Source: Eubacteriales bacterium (GTDB lineage Bacteria > Bacillota > Clostridia > Oscillospirales > CAG-272). Taken from it: DNA of 64,000 bases. Positions 1 to 10,800 of this stretch are shown here, piece after piece (position 1 is the first letter of the stretch; each line of letters begins with the position of its first letter). A model generated the notes under the pieces. That model did not search any database. It had not been told where the DNA came from and saw only the letters and a program-made list of their open reading frames with translations. The position numbers and the translations under genes were made by a program. The DNA is taken from contig JAZQHC010000045.1 of assembly GCA_045540335.1 (NCBI GenBank), positions 85,108-149,107 on the forward strand, written 5' to 3'.

Positions 1-1196
1 TTGCCTTTTTTGATTATGATGCCATCGGCAAATTCAGATTTTTTGAATTTTTTGCCAAGGTCTGTAATCTTTTCTTCGTTGACAGAAATACTTCCCTGCG
101 TAATAAGTGTTCTCGCTTCATTTCTGGACTTTGCAACGCCTGAAACAACAAGCATCTGTAAAACGGAAACTTCGTCTTCGATAAAATCTTCATCTTTAAG
201 TGTTGTGGAAGGCATGTTTTCTGCATTTCCGCTTCCGCCAAAGAGTGATTTTGCACTTGCATCAGCTTTATCCGCTTCATCTTTACCGTGAATAAGAAGT
301 GTTAATTCATACGCAAGCTTTTCTTTAGCTTTGTTCAGATCGCTTCCTTCAAGCTTTTCGTATTCTGCAATTTCTTCAAGGGGCAAGAACGTAAGCATTT
401 TCATGCATTTGATAACGTCTGCATCACCGATATTTCTCCAATATTGGTAGAAATCATAGGGGGAAGTTTTTTCAGGGTCAAGCCATACTGCACCCTTTTC
501 GGTTTTGCCCATTTTTTTACCTTCACTATTTGTAAGAAGGTTGAATGTAACGCCGTAAACCTCGTCTCCCGTCATCTTTCTTACAAGCTCTACACCGCCG
601 ATAATGTTCGACCATTGATCGTCGCCACCAAGCTCCATTTTTACGCCGTAGTCTTTGTAAAGTCTATAAAAATCGTAGCTTTGCATAAGCATGTAGTTAA
701 ATTCAAGGAAAGTCAAGCCGCCTTTTTCAAGTCTGGCTTTGTAGCATTCTGCCGCGAGCATTCTGTTTATATTGAAGTGCTTTCCTATATCGCGTATAAA
801 GTCAACATAATTTAATTTCAAAAGCCAATCGGCATTATCTACGAAAATAGCCTTACCGTCTGATATGTCGATAAATTTAGCCATCTGCTTTTTGAAACAA
901 TCTACGTTGTGTTGAATTGTTTCTTTCGTCATCATTTTACGCATATCGTTTTTGCCTGAGGGGTCACCGATCATTGCGGTACCGCCGCCAAATATAACAA
1001 CGGGGCGATGACCTGCTTTTTGCATATGCGCCATTATTTTCATCTGTATAAAGTGACCTACGTGCAAGGAATCTGCAGTGGGGTCGAATCCGATATAAAA
1101 CGATATTTTTTCTTTTTCAAAAAGCTCTTTAACAGCCTCTTCGTTTGTAATTTGGGCAAGCATGCCTCTTTCTTTGAATTCTTGCAACAAATTCAT
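1..1196 (-). CDS. tyrS: Tyrosine--tRNA ligase. Complete at the N-terminus; the C-terminal S4 region runs off the window at position 1, so there is no stop codon in the window.
   Basis: Manual minus-strand translation from the ATG at 1196-1194 gives [22 protein letters not shown]... The class-I HIGH-type motif [13 protein letters not shown] is present, followed by [23 protein letters not shown] and KMGKT (KMSKS-type). The gene is missing from the ORF track only because no stop lies inside the window. Its start overlaps the recN stop as ATGA. Confidence 0.85.
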   Translation of the reverse strand, partial: MNLLQEFKERGMLAQITNEEAVKELFEKEKISFYIGFDPTADSLHVGHFIQMKIMAHMQKAGHRPVVIFGGGTAMIGDPSGKNDMRKMMTKETIQHNVDCFKKQMAKFIDISDGKAIFVDNADWLLKLNYVDFIRDIGKHFNINRMLAAECYKARLEKGGLTFLEFNYMLMQSYDFYRLYKDYGVKMELGGDDQWSNIIGGVELVRKMTGDEVYGVTFNLLTNSEGKKMGKTEKGAVWLDPEKTSPYDFYQYWRNIGDADVIKCMKMLTFLPLEEIAEYEKLEGSDLNKAKEKLAYELTLLIHGKDEADKADASAKSLFGGSGNAENMPSTTLKDEDFIEDEVSVLQMLVVSGVAKSRNEARTLITQGSISVNEEKITDLGKKFKKSEFADGIIIKKG

Positions 1197-2875
1197 TTTC
1201 TTTTACCGTTTTCAATCATCTCGCGTGCGGCGGCTTGTACACTTTGCGTTATTTTGATTCCGCCCATTATGCGCGACAATTCTTTTATCCTTTCGTTGTT
1301 TGATAATAATTCTATTTTAGTTTCTGTCCTATCGTTGGAAACTTCTTTGTATATCTTATAGTGGTTATCTGCTACAGACGCTATCTGTGCAGAATGCGTT
1401 ATGCACAGCACTTGACCGAAATCAGAAGATGATTTAAGCTTTCTGCCGATTTTTTCGCAAGTGCCGCCCGAAATTCCCGTATCTATTTCGTCGTATATTA
1501 CAGTGTCAATATTATTCTTTTTTCTGAAAACACACTGCATTGCCAACATCAGCCTTGATAATTCACCACCCGATGCAACTTTGTCCACGGATTTTTCGTT
1601 TTCGCCTATATTGGCCGAAATAAGAAACACTACATCGTCGGCACCGTTTTCGTCGTACTCGTTTTTATCTTTAACATCAATTTTAAATGAAAATTGATTC
1701 ATATCAAGGTCGGCAAGCTCGGAGGTGATTTGATTTGCAAGCTTTTTTGCAAAAACTTTTCGTTTATCTGAAAGTATAGAAGCGTTTTTCTTGCATTCAT
1801 CAGATAAAACAAGCAGTTTTTCTTTTGATTCTTTTATCAAAATGTCAGAATTATCTAATTTGTCAAGCTCGCTTTGCGATTCTGCGCGAATTGTTAAAAT
1901 GCCCTCAACATCCGTGTTAAACTTCTTTTTTAATGAAGAGATTTTATCCATTCTGCTTTCAATAGAGTCCAAAAGCGAAGCGGGATCATCTTCGATTCCT
2001 GATATTAAATCCCTTGCGGATATTGCTATATCTTCGATTTCATATTTGAAATCACCAAGTCGTTTGGCATTTTGGGCAGATTTTTCATCGTTTAAAAGCT
2101 GAGAAATATTTTCCAAAGCCTCGCACGCTTTATCCAAAAGCTCTATCGCCGAAGGACAAGCGGAATTTTTATATAGAGTTTTTGAAACTATTTTAATCTG
2201 TTTAGTAAGTTGTTCGGAATTTTTAATTTTTAATCGTTGTTCGTTAAGACGCTCTTCTTCACCGATTTTTAATTTTAACGAATCTATTTCCTTTATACGT
2301 GATTTTAATAAATCTACGCGATCGGATTTATCCTTCGCTTGTGAAAGAAGAGACCGCAGAACAGAACGTTCTTTTTTATATGCATCGTACGAGGTGCGGT
2401 ATCGATGTAATTCTTCATCGCTTTCTGAAAAAGCATCAAGATATCCAAGATAATTTTCAGACGACAATAATTGATATGAAGAATGCTGCCCGTGAACGGC
2501 AATCAACTTTTTTGTAATCTCACGCAAAACATACGCAGGATACGATCGTCCGTTGATCTTAATCGTAGATTTTCCATCTATATTGAGATTTCGGGTGATA
2601 TATATTTCATCATCCGGGCATTGTATGCCGTTTGATTCTGCAATGCTTTTTGTGTAACTGTCAATTTCTGAAAAAAGCGCGCTTACTATTGCTTTATCTT
2701 CGCCCGTGCGAATGATATCTTTTTGTATTTTTTCCCCACAAAGTAAATTTATAGAGTTAATGATAATTGACTTACCCGCCCCCGTTTCACCTGTAAAAAC
2801 GGAAAAACCTTGGCAAAAATCAATATCAAGTGTTTTGATAACGGCAACGTTTTCAATATGTAGGCTTGTAAGTAT
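1193..2875 (-). CDS. recN: DNA repair protein RecN. The ORF track only shows 1193-2527 from an internal TTG. The Walker-A N-terminus continues in frame upstream with no canonical start codon.
   Basis: The 444-aa ORF has RecN coiled-coil and C-terminal signature regions. Extending the same frame upstream gives [48 protein letters not shown]..., which is the RecN P-loop. A stop lies about 150 nt further upstream. The start position is uncertain, as described in the findings. Confidence 0.8.
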   Translation of the reverse strand: MLTSLHIENVAVIKTLDIDFCQGFSVFTGETGAGKSIIINSINLLCGEKIQKDIIRTGEDKAIVSALFSEIDSYTKSIAESNGIQCPDDEIYITRNLNIDGKSTIKINGRSYPAYVLREITKKLIAVHGQHSSYQLLSSENYLGYLDAFSESDEELHRYRTSYDAYKKERSVLRSLLSQAKDKSDRVDLLKSRIKEIDSLKLKIGEEERLNEQRLKIKNSEQLTKQIKIVSKTLYKNSACPSAIELLDKACEALENISQLLNDEKSAQNAKRLGDFKYEIEDIAISARDLISGIEDDPASLLDSIESRMDKISSLKKKFNTDVEGILTIRAESQSELDKLDNSDILIKESKEKLLVLSDECKKNASILSDKRKVFAKKLANQITSELADLDMNQFSFKIDVKDKNEYDENGADDVVFLISANIGENEKSVDKVASGGELSRLMLAMQCVFRKKNNIDTVIYDEIDTGISGGTCEKIGRKLKSSSDFGQVLCITHSAQIASVADNHYKIYKEVSNDRTETKIELLSNNERIKELSRIMGGIKITQSVQAAAREMIENGKRK

Positions 2876-2912
2876 ATCATCACCCCCTATTTTTGTTAAA
2901 ACGTATAAACTA

Positions 2913-3383
2913 TTACTTAATCTTGATGCGTTTTATGTTTTCTGCAATAGTGTCAACCTCTTCAAGACCGCGTGCAGCAATGAAAATTGTGTCATCGCCT
3001 GCTATCGTGCCTACTACCTCACTCCACTGCAGATGGTCAATGGCAGCACAGGCGGCGTTTGCCATACCTGAAATGGTTTTTACTACTACAAGTGAATACG
3101 CCTTTTCCCAGCTGATAATGGTTTCGCGCAAGATAATACCGTATTTGCCAAGCGGCCGTTCATCATCACCGGGGGATAATATATATCTGTAAACACCGTT
3201 TTCATTAGCAGATTTTGTAAGTTTAAGCTCTCTTATATCTCTGGAAACTGTTGCTTGGGTAACTTCGAAACCGGAAATACGCAAAAGCTCTGTAAGATCA
3301 TCTTGCGTTTCAATATTTTCATTGGAGATCAACTCCAAAATCTTCATATGACGTCTTTTTTTGATTATATTGCCTTGTTCCAT
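2913..3383 (-). CDS. argR: Arginine repressor ArgR/AhrC
   Basis: The 156-aa product has a basic winged-helix N-terminus (KKRRH, ELISNENIETQDDLTELL) and a C-terminal oligomerisation and arginine-binding region (GTIAGDDTIFI). Its position between recN and tlyA matches B. subtilis. Confidence 0.85.
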   Translation of the reverse strand: MEQGNIIKKRRHMKILELISNENIETQDDLTELLRISGFEVTQATVSRDIRELKLTKSANENGVYRYILSPGDDERPLGKYGIILRETIISWEKAYSLVVVKTISGMANAACAAIDHLQWSEVVGTIAGDDTIFIAARGLEEVDTIAENIKRIKIK

Positions 3384-3400
3384 TAGTTTTCCCCGTTCTA

Positions 3401-4126
3401 TTAAGATTTTTTAAAAAGCGCAAGGTATTCTATATTACCATCGCCGCCCTTGATAGGCGAAATAATATGGGATTGGTATATCAAACCGTGCGCGGATGCG
3501 GCGTGTATCAGTTTTTCGATAACCTGTTGGTGAACCTTTTCGTTTTTAACTATTCCGCCCTTTGAAATGTTTTCCCTGCCCGCTTCAAATTGAGGTTTAA
3601 TAAGAGAAATAAATGTTCCCTCGTACGGAAGTATATCTGCAACAGCACCGTATAACAAAGATTGCGAAATAAATGAAACGTCCATTACGCATAAAGTACA
3701 AGTTTGCCCTATATCACTTTTAGAAAGATATCTGGCATTTACGTTTTCCATGCTGAAAACGCGTGGATCGTTTTTTAAAGATTCAACCAACTGATTTGTT
3801 CCGGAATCTATTGCGTAAACTACCCGCGCACCGTGCTTAAGCAAGCAATCTGTAAAACCGCCTGTTGAAGCACCAATATCCGCACAGATTAGCCCGTTGG
3901 GATCGATATTGAACGCTTCAAGCGCGGCGTGAAGCTTATCGCCGCCGCGGCTGACGTATAAAAAAGGGTTTTTTACAACTATATCAGCATCATCTGTTTC
4001 AACTTGAAAAGACGGTTTCGTTACTGCGATTCCATTTAAGGTAACGTTGCCGGTACGTATTAGCTTTTGAGCCTCTTCCCTGCTTTTGGTATATCCGTTT
4101 GAAAATAAGAAAACGTCCAATCTCAT
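3401..4126 (-). CDS. tlyA: TlyA/YqxC-family rRNA 2'-O-methyltransferase with an S4 domain followed by an FtsJ-like domain
   Basis: An N-terminal S4 domain (RLDVFL...) is followed by the SAM-binding motif DIGASTGGFTDCLL and the FtsJ fold. Synteny matches B. subtilis yqxC. Confidence 0.8.
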   Translation of the reverse strand: MRLDVFLFSNGYTKSREEAQKLIRTGNVTLNGIAVTKPSFQVETDDADIVVKNPFLYVSRGGDKLHAALEAFNIDPNGLICADIGASTGGFTDCLLKHGARVVYAIDSGTNQLVESLKNDPRVFSMENVNARYLSKSDIGQTCTLCVMDVSFISQSLLYGAVADILPYEGTFISLIKPQFEAGRENISKGGIVKNEKVHQQVIEKLIHAASAHGLIYQSHIISPIKGGDGNIEYLALFKKS

Positions 4127-4180
4127 AGTAATTTAAAATTTATCATATACATATTAAGAAATCAAGTGAATAATTATAAA

Positions 4181-5068
4181 TTATACTTGTCTTGAAAGAA
4201 GATAATTCGCCAAGTCTTCAAGTGGTTGCGAATTAGGATATTTTTTAATTATATTTATGGAATTATTTGTAAGATCGTGCGCTATTTTTTGCGCTTCCTG
4301 CAAAGAATATATAGTGGTAAAGGTAGATTTTCCGTTTACTGCATCACTGCCTACGGGCTTTCCAAATAATTTTTCATCGCCGATTACATCAAGTATATCA
4401 TCTGTAATTTGGAAAGAAATTCCTATTCCGTCTGCATATTCTTCCGCATCTTTATACATTACACGGTCTATATTTACAGTGTTTTCTGCAGCAAGAAGAC
4501 CAAATGTGCATGCACATTTTATAAGACAGCCTGTTTTAAGGCGGTTCATTTTATATAAACCGTCTTTAGAAAGCGGTGTTTTTTCGCCTTGCATATCCAT
4601 TACTTGGCCGCCGATCATTCCAAACATGCCGGCGTTGTGCGAAAGTGCTTTTATTGCCTTTATTTTTATATCATCTTTTAAGCTTGATGAAGCAATTATT
4701 TCAAATGCATAAGTTAACAAAGCATCACCTGCTAATGTGGCAACGTCTTCACCGTAAATCTTGTGGTTTGTCGGCTTTCCGCGTCTGAAATCATCGTTAT
4801 CCATACAGGGCAGATCGTCGTGGATCAAGGAATACGTGTGTATAAGCTCCAAAGCGGAAGCAAGCACAAGGGCATCTTCATCTTTTCCGCCGCACATACG
4901 GCAAAACTCAAGTGTAAGAGTGGGTCTTATACGCTTTCCGCCACTTTCTGCGCTATATCTTACCGATTCAAAAATTATTGGGTAATCATTATCAGATTTC
5001 GGTAAAACGTTTTTAATATAGTTATCTGCAAGCTCTGCATTTGTTTTGATTATGTTTTTAATACTCAT
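4181..5068 (-). CDS. ispA: Polyprenyl diphosphate synthase, farnesyl- or geranyltranstransferase
   Basis: Both DDxxD motifs are present: LIHDDLPCMDNDDFRRGKPT and FQITDDILDV. The gene sits immediately upstream of xseB-xseA, as in Firmicutes. Confidence 0.8.
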   Translation of the reverse strand: MSIKNIIKTNAELADNYIKNVLPKSDNDYPIIFESVRYSAESGGKRIRPTLTLEFCRMCGGKDEDALVLASALELIHTYSLIHDDLPCMDNDDFRRGKPTNHKIYGEDVATLAGDALLTYAFEIIASSSLKDDIKIKAIKALSHNAGMFGMIGGQVMDMQGEKTPLSKDGLYKMNRLKTGCLIKCACTFGLLAAENTVNIDRVMYKDAEEYADGIGISFQITDDILDVIGDEKLFGKPVGSDAVNGKSTFTTIYSLQEAQKIAHDLTNNSINIIKKYPNSQPLEDLANYLLSRQV

Positions 5069-5259
5069 ACTTCACTTATAACCTTTATTTTTTGTTCTGC
5101 TTCGTCAAGAATTTTATTTGCTTCTTTTATCAAAATTACGCCTTCCTCGAACAGCTTCAACGCTTCATCAAGAGGCGTTTGGCTGCTTGAGAGAATATCT
5201 ATCAATTCGTTTAAACGCTCTTCAGCGCTTTCGAAAGTTATTTTTTTCATATTATTCAC
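5065..5259 (-). CDS. xseB: Exodeoxyribonuclease VII small subunit
   Basis: It is a 64-aa helical protein. It overlaps the xseA stop by 8 nt and the ispA start by 4 nt, which suggests translational coupling. Confidence 0.8.
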   Translation of the reverse strand: MNNMKKITFESAEERLNELIDILSSSQTPLDEALKLFEEGVILIKEANKILDEAEQKIKVISEV

Positions 5260-6466
5260 CTATTTTTACAATTTCAGCAGAGGCTTTTCCATTTAAAAAA
5301 ATTAAATCAACGTGATCGCCTACGTTAAGCTGATCTATATTTGTGATTATATTCTCTTCTTTACTCACTTTCGCATAGCCTTTTGCAAAAACAGCCAAAG
5401 GACTATGGGCATTTAATCCCCCTGAAGATTTTGAAAGCTGTGAACGTTTAGCTTGAATTATCATACCGATATTGTGTTTAAGGGATTTTTCAAGTGCATC
5501 AATATAAATGCGTTTATCCTCAATAAACGTGCCGTAAAGCTTAAACATTGGCGAGGTTGATATTTGAGATATCGCGCCTCTTTTATTAGTAATCTTCTTC
5601 TGTATTTCTTTGCAAAGTAAGTTTCTTTTGAAGATAAGCTCTTCTTTCAGCTCATCTTTATCAGGCAGGCAGATTTCTGCAGCGGCTGAAGGTGTTGGTG
5701 CGCGCATATCCGCAACAAAATCTGAAATTGAATAATCCTGCTCGTGCCCTACGGCTGATATCGTTGGAATGGGGCAACTATATATCGCACGCGCCAGCTT
5801 TTCTGAATTGAAGGCTTGAAGATCTTCGTAAGAGCCGCCGCCCCTGCCTATGATTATTACATCTGCACAAGGGTTTTCTGAAAAATATCTTATACCGGAA
5901 ATCAAAGATTCTTCAGCCCCTTCACCTTGAACAAGTGCCGGGTAGATAAGGATTTGTGCCGAAGGAAATCTTCTTGAAGCGATATTTATAATATCTTTTA
6001 TCGCAGCACCCGTTGCAGAGGTTATAACACCGATTACGTTAGGATATTTTGGCAATGAAAGCTTGTGCGAAGGATCAAATAAACCTTCTTGACTTAATTT
6101 TTCCTTCAGCTGTTCGAATGAAAGCGCAACCTCTCCTATGCCTTGCGGTGTGATCGTACTTGCATATATTTGATATACGCCGTCACGCACATATGTTGAT
6201 ACCCTACCGCTTACGATAACTTGCATACCGTCTTCAGGTGTGAATTTCAACTTCTCTGCCGAAGATCTGAACATTACAGCCTTAACGCTTGAAAAAGCAT
6301 CTTTAAGGGTGAAATATATATGCCCACTGGAAAAATGCAGTTTAAAGTTTGATATTTCCCCGGAAATATATACATTGTTCAACACAGGTGAATTATCTAT
6401 CATCATTTTAACGTATTCGTTAAGCTGTGATACGGTTAAAATATGCTTATCTTTTTTAATCGGCAT
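5252..6466 (-). CDS. xseA: Exodeoxyribonuclease VII large subunit
   Basis: The 404-aa product has an N-terminal OB fold followed by a catalytic domain, and lies in the conserved xseA-xseB order. Confidence 0.85.
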   Translation of the reverse strand: MPIKKDKHILTVSQLNEYVKMMIDNSPVLNNVYISGEISNFKLHFSSGHIYFTLKDAFSSVKAVMFRSSAEKLKFTPEDGMQVIVSGRVSTYVRDGVYQIYASTITPQGIGEVALSFEQLKEKLSQEGLFDPSHKLSLPKYPNVIGVITSATGAAIKDIINIASRRFPSAQILIYPALVQGEGAEESLISGIRYFSENPCADVIIIGRGGGSYEDLQAFNSEKLARAIYSCPIPTISAVGHEQDYSISDFVADMRAPTPSAAAEICLPDKDELKEELIFKRNLLCKEIQKKITNKRGAISQISTSPMFKLYGTFIEDKRIYIDALEKSLKHNIGMIIQAKRSQLSKSSGGLNAHSPLAVFAKGYAKVSKEENIITNIDQLNVGDHVDLIFLNGKASAEIVKIGE

Positions 6467-7379
6467 TTATTTTCTCCATGCATAACAAAGCAATACCGGC
6501 GGCGTTATCTTGTGAAAACTGCGGTTCTGCACAATAAGCACCGTATTTTTTTTGCATAAAACCGGCAAGTGTTTTATTAGAAGAAACCCCGCCTGAAAAT
6601 ATTATGTCTGCACGCGATTTTTCCAAAATAAGATTATCAGTCATTTTCTCAAGGGTAGCTCTGATAAATTCAGTAAGAAAAAAAGCAACCTGGCTTTTAT
6701 CCATGCCGGCATCTATCATTTTGCAGCACATATTTTCAGCGCCGGACATATTGCAAAATAAGCCGTTAACGGATATTTTCGGCTTTGTTTTTTCACCTTT
6801 AAAATCGTTTGCAAGCTTTTCCAGTGCCGCACCACACGGAAAAGATAAACCAAGTTTTACACCTACGCGGTCTATCAATTGCCCTGCGGTAACATCTTTA
6901 CTTCCTCCGATGATATCCACTTTAAATGTTCCGTCTTCTCTTTTTGCCTGCAATAATTCAAATGTTCCGCCCGAAAGGTGATAAGCATAAAAAATATCTT
7001 CAAAATCAACATTAGCCGAATACATAGCAGCGCGTATATGCCCTGCCTGGTGGGAAAATTCATACAAGGGTACGTTAAGTGACTTGCTTATAGAAGAAGC
7101 AACCGCAACACCCGAAAGAAAGCATGGCATATACGATCCTGCTGCATCTCTCGGTCTTGAACTTACCCCAACGGCGTTTATATCGGAAATATCGCTTCGT
7201 ATGCTATTCATCAGTTGCGGCATATTTTTAATATGAGCAAACACGGCGTCGGACTGTCTTAACCCGACGCCGCCTTCGGCAACGGGCAACGGGATACGGA
7301 TATTTTCCGTTATTATCCCATTGTCGCATATAGCTACCGAAGTTGTATAGTTACTTGTATCAATACCTAAAGTTTTCAC
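6456..7379 (-). CDS. TsaD/Kae1/YgjD-family (ASKHA fold) protein. This is a paralog-like 307-aa form, not clearly the canonical tsaD.
   Basis: GIDTSNYTTSVAI matches the TsaD N-terminus. SHQAGH is the His-x-x-x-His metal-binding motif. LSGGTFEL, SGGVSSNKTL and AEPQFSQDNAAGIA also align with TsaD motifs. Confidence 0.55.
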   Translation of the reverse strand: MKTLGIDTSNYTTSVAICDNGIITENIRIPLPVAEGGVGLRQSDAVFAHIKNMPQLMNSIRSDISDINAVGVSSRPRDAAGSYMPCFLSGVAVASSISKSLNVPLYEFSHQAGHIRAAMYSANVDFEDIFYAYHLSGGTFELLQAKREDGTFKVDIIGGSKDVTAGQLIDRVGVKLGLSFPCGAALEKLANDFKGEKTKPKISVNGLFCNMSGAENMCCKMIDAGMDKSQVAFFLTEFIRATLEKMTDNLILEKSRADIIFSGGVSSNKTLAGFMQKKYGAYCAEPQFSQDNAAGIALLCMEKINAD

Positions 7380-7780
7380 TTCAAATTTTCTGCCTTTGCG
7401 ATTGAATTCAAAATACCGTTAATAAAAGCAGGTGCGCTGTCTGTGTCGTATTTCTTTGCAAGTTCTACCGCTTCGTTAATGGAAACACTCATAGGTACTT
7501 CATCCACATAACGTAATTCGTAAAGAGATAATCGCAATATTGCAAGTGAAACTTTTGAAATTCTGTCAGATGACCAGCCCGTTGCATATTCGCTTATTGT
7601 TTTATCAAGCTCGTCTATTGAAGACAGAACACCTTCAAAAACATTACACATATATGCATCTTTTTCAAAGCCTTCGATCGATCTTGCCGAATCGTAGATA
7701 TCGTCGGCAGAAAGCTCGGGTTTGAACTGACTTTCAAATATCAGTTTAAATGCCCATTCTCTCGCTTGGCTTCTTTTCAT
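7376..7780 (-). CDS. nusB: Transcription antitermination factor NusB
   Basis: The 134-aa product has NusB family sequence (AREWAFKLIF...ISKVSLAILRLSLYEL) and lies at the head of the xseA operon, as in Bacillus. Confidence 0.85.
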   Translation of the reverse strand: MKRSQAREWAFKLIFESQFKPELSADDIYDSARSIEGFEKDAYMCNVFEGVLSSIDELDKTISEYATGWSSDRISKVSLAILRLSLYELRYVDEVPMSVSINEAVELAKKYDTDSAPAFINGILNSIAKAENLK

Positions 7781-7808
7781 AAAGTAAAACCGTGCCTTTC
7801 GTAGTTCT

Positions 7809-10800
7809 TTAAACGCGTTTTGTTACGCCGAAAACAGCATCCTCGCCGTTTATGTTCCAATTTGCGGTATATTCGCCGCCTTCAGAATAGATTACCTGTT
7901 CTGTAAGGGTATCGCCCGATATTTTATCGCAGTTGCGCTTGATAACGTCGATTACCTTATCAGAACCGCTTGCGTTAACAGTAATCTTATCCATTACCTC
8001 AAATCCGGCGTCTTTTCTCATCGTTTGAATCTTTGAAATGATTTCGCGCACGAATCCTTCTTCAATAAGCTCATCTGTTAAAACGGTGTTAAGAACGACT
8101 GTTATGCCCTTATCAGCCACCGATTCAAATCCTGAAACCTTTCCGGCATCAATGAGAAGATCTTCTTTTTCAAGCTCGTAAACCTCGCCTGAAAGCGTTA
8201 ATTTAAGTTTTCCTGTTGAATCAAGCTCTGCCATTGCGGCATTTCCGTCTATATTCGCAAGGGCTTCTTTGCATTCGTTGATAAGCTTTCCAAGCTTTCT
8301 GCCAAGTGTTTTAAGCTGTGGCTTGAACGTAAACGTAATGAAAGCACCCATATCATCAACGAACGATGCGTTTTTAACGTTTAATTCATCTTTTATTATG
8401 TCAATGTAGTATTCGTTTAATTTATTCGGCGCATTAACAAACATTTCAGCAAGGGGCTGTCTGTTCTTAATAACCGCCGCATTTCTGCATGCACGGCCTA
8501 ATGCCACGATATCTGCAGCTTCATCCATTTCTTTTTCGAGATCTTTATCAATAAGGGATTCGTCGGCTACGGGATAATCGCACAAGTGAACACTTTCGGG
8601 TGCATTTTTGTCGTTAAGAGCAACGAGGTTTCTGTATATATCCTCTGTCATAAACGGTATCAACGGCGCAGAAAGCTTAACAAATGTAACAAGACAGGTA
8701 TAAAGCGTCATGTAAGCTGCTATCTTATCGTCTGTAAGATCTTTAGCCCAAAATCTTTCGCGGCATCTGCGTACGTACCAGTTAGAAAGCTCGTCAACGA
8801 ATTTTTCCATTGCGCGTGCTGTTTCGGTGATCTTATAATCAAACAGATATCCGTCAACGGTTTTTATAAGTGAATTAAGTTTTGACAAGATCCATCTATC
8901 CATAACAGAAAGCTTAGATTTGTCAAGTGTGTAATCAGAAGCGTTGAAATTGTCTATATTTGCATAAAGCACGAAGAACGCATACGTATTCCACAAGGTG
9001 CCCATGAACTTTCGTTGTCCTTCGGTAACAGCGGCAGAGTGGAATCTGTTAGGAAGCCACGGTGCACTGTTTGAATAGAAATACCATCTGATAGCGTCTG
9101 CGCCGTGCTTTTCCAAAGCATCAAACGGGTCAACCGCGTTGCCTTTGGATTTTGACATTTTCTGACCGTTTTCATCTTGAACGTGACCCAAAACGATAAC
9201 GTTTTTGTAGGGGGCTTTGTCGAATATCAGTGTTGATATCGCCAACAATGAGTAGAACCAACCTCTTGTCTGGTCAACCGCCTCGGATATGAAATCCGCA
9301 GGGTAGTTTTGTTCAAACAAATCTGCATTTTCAAAAGGATAGTGCCATTGTGCAAAAGGCATAGCACCGGAATCATACCAGCAGTCGATAACTTCTTTTA
9401 CCCTGTGCATTTCACCGCCGCATTCAGGGCATTTGATTGTAACATCGTCGATATAAGGGCGGTGAAGCTCGATGTTATCGGGGCAGTTGTCAGACATTTC
9501 TTTTAATTCAGCTATACTGCCTATGCTGTGCCTGTGGCCGCATGAGCATTCCCATATATTCAAAGGCGTTCCCCAATATCTGTCACGGGAAATACCCCAG
9601 TCTTGAACGTTTTTAAGCCATTCGCCGAAACGGCCGGTACCGATAGTTTCGGGAATCCAGTTAATAGTGTCGTTATTTTTAAGAAGCTTGTCTTTCACAT
9701 CGGTCATTCTGATGAACCATGTGTTTCTTGCGTAATAAATAAGGGGGGTATCGCATCTCCAGCAGAATGGGTACGAGTGTTCGAAAGGAAGTGTTTTGAA
9801 CAAAAGACCCCTTACCTTCAAATCATACAAAACATCTTTATCAGCTTCTTTGCAGAACGTTCCTGCCCAGGGGGTTTCCTTCGTCATGCAACCCTTTGCA
9901 TCAACGAGTTGAACGAAAGGAAGACCGTATTTCCTTCCAACCTGCGCGTCGTCTTCGCCGAATGCAGGTGCGATGTGTACGATACCTGTACCGTCGGTAA
10001 GTGTAACGTATTCTGCACACGTGATATAAAAAGCTTTTTCTTCAGGTTGAACGAAGTCGAACAAAGGAACGTATTCTCTACCCTCAAGGTCTGCACCTTT
10101 GTAAGATTCAATAATTTCGCATTCGCCAACAACCTTTTCAGCAAGTGCTTGCGCGAGAATGTAATATTCACCGTTTGCGGAAACCTTAACGTAATCTTCT
10201 TTCGCATTAACGCAAAGCGCTACGTTTGAAGGTAAAGTCCACGGGGTGGTAGTCCAAGCAAGATAGTAAACGTTTTCTTCACCTTTAAGACGGAATTTAG
10301 CAATTGCGGATTTTTCTTTTACATCCTTATATCCTTGTGCAACTTCGTGTGAAGAAAGCGGTGTGCCGCATCTCGGACAATAAGGAACGATTTTGAAGCC
10401 CTTGTAAAGCAAACCGTCGTTGTAAATCTTTTTCAAAGACCACCAAACAGATTCAATATAATCGTTTGTGTAAGTAACGTAAGGGTCATTCATATCCGCC
10501 CAGTATCCAACCGTGCCGGAAAAATCTTCCCACATGCCTTTGTATTTCCAAACGCTTTCCTTACATTTGGTAATGAAAGGTTCAAGACCGTATTGTTCAA
10601 CCTGTTCTTTTCCGTCAAGGCCGAGAAGCTTTTCAACCTCAAGCTCAACCGGAAGACCGTGCGTATCCCAACCTGCTTTACGAAGAACGTGGTAGCCCTT
10701 CATCGTTCTGTATCTTGGTATCATATCTTTTATAACACGCGTAAGAACATGTCCGATATGAGGTTTACCGTTTGCTGTGGGAGGGCCGTCGTAGAAAGTA

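Noticed and set aside
1-291. A plus-strand ORF of 96 aa (a TTG start at position 1), and a minus-strand 88-aa ORF at 14-280
   Set aside because: Both lie inside or antisense to the tyrS coding frame, which is well supported by HIGH, KMGKT and GDPSGK motifs. Neither has an RBS or a recognisable family.
9603-10229. Plus-strand ORFs of 60-210 aa antisense to ileS, alaS, hppA, murQ, the SPFH gene and others. Examples are 9603-10229, 14349-14819, 31667-32296, 41574-42194 and 43175-43798.
   Set aside because: They are embedded opposite long, motif-supported genes. They have low-complexity or Cys-rich composition and no RBS. These are typical spurious antisense ORFs in AT-rich DNA.
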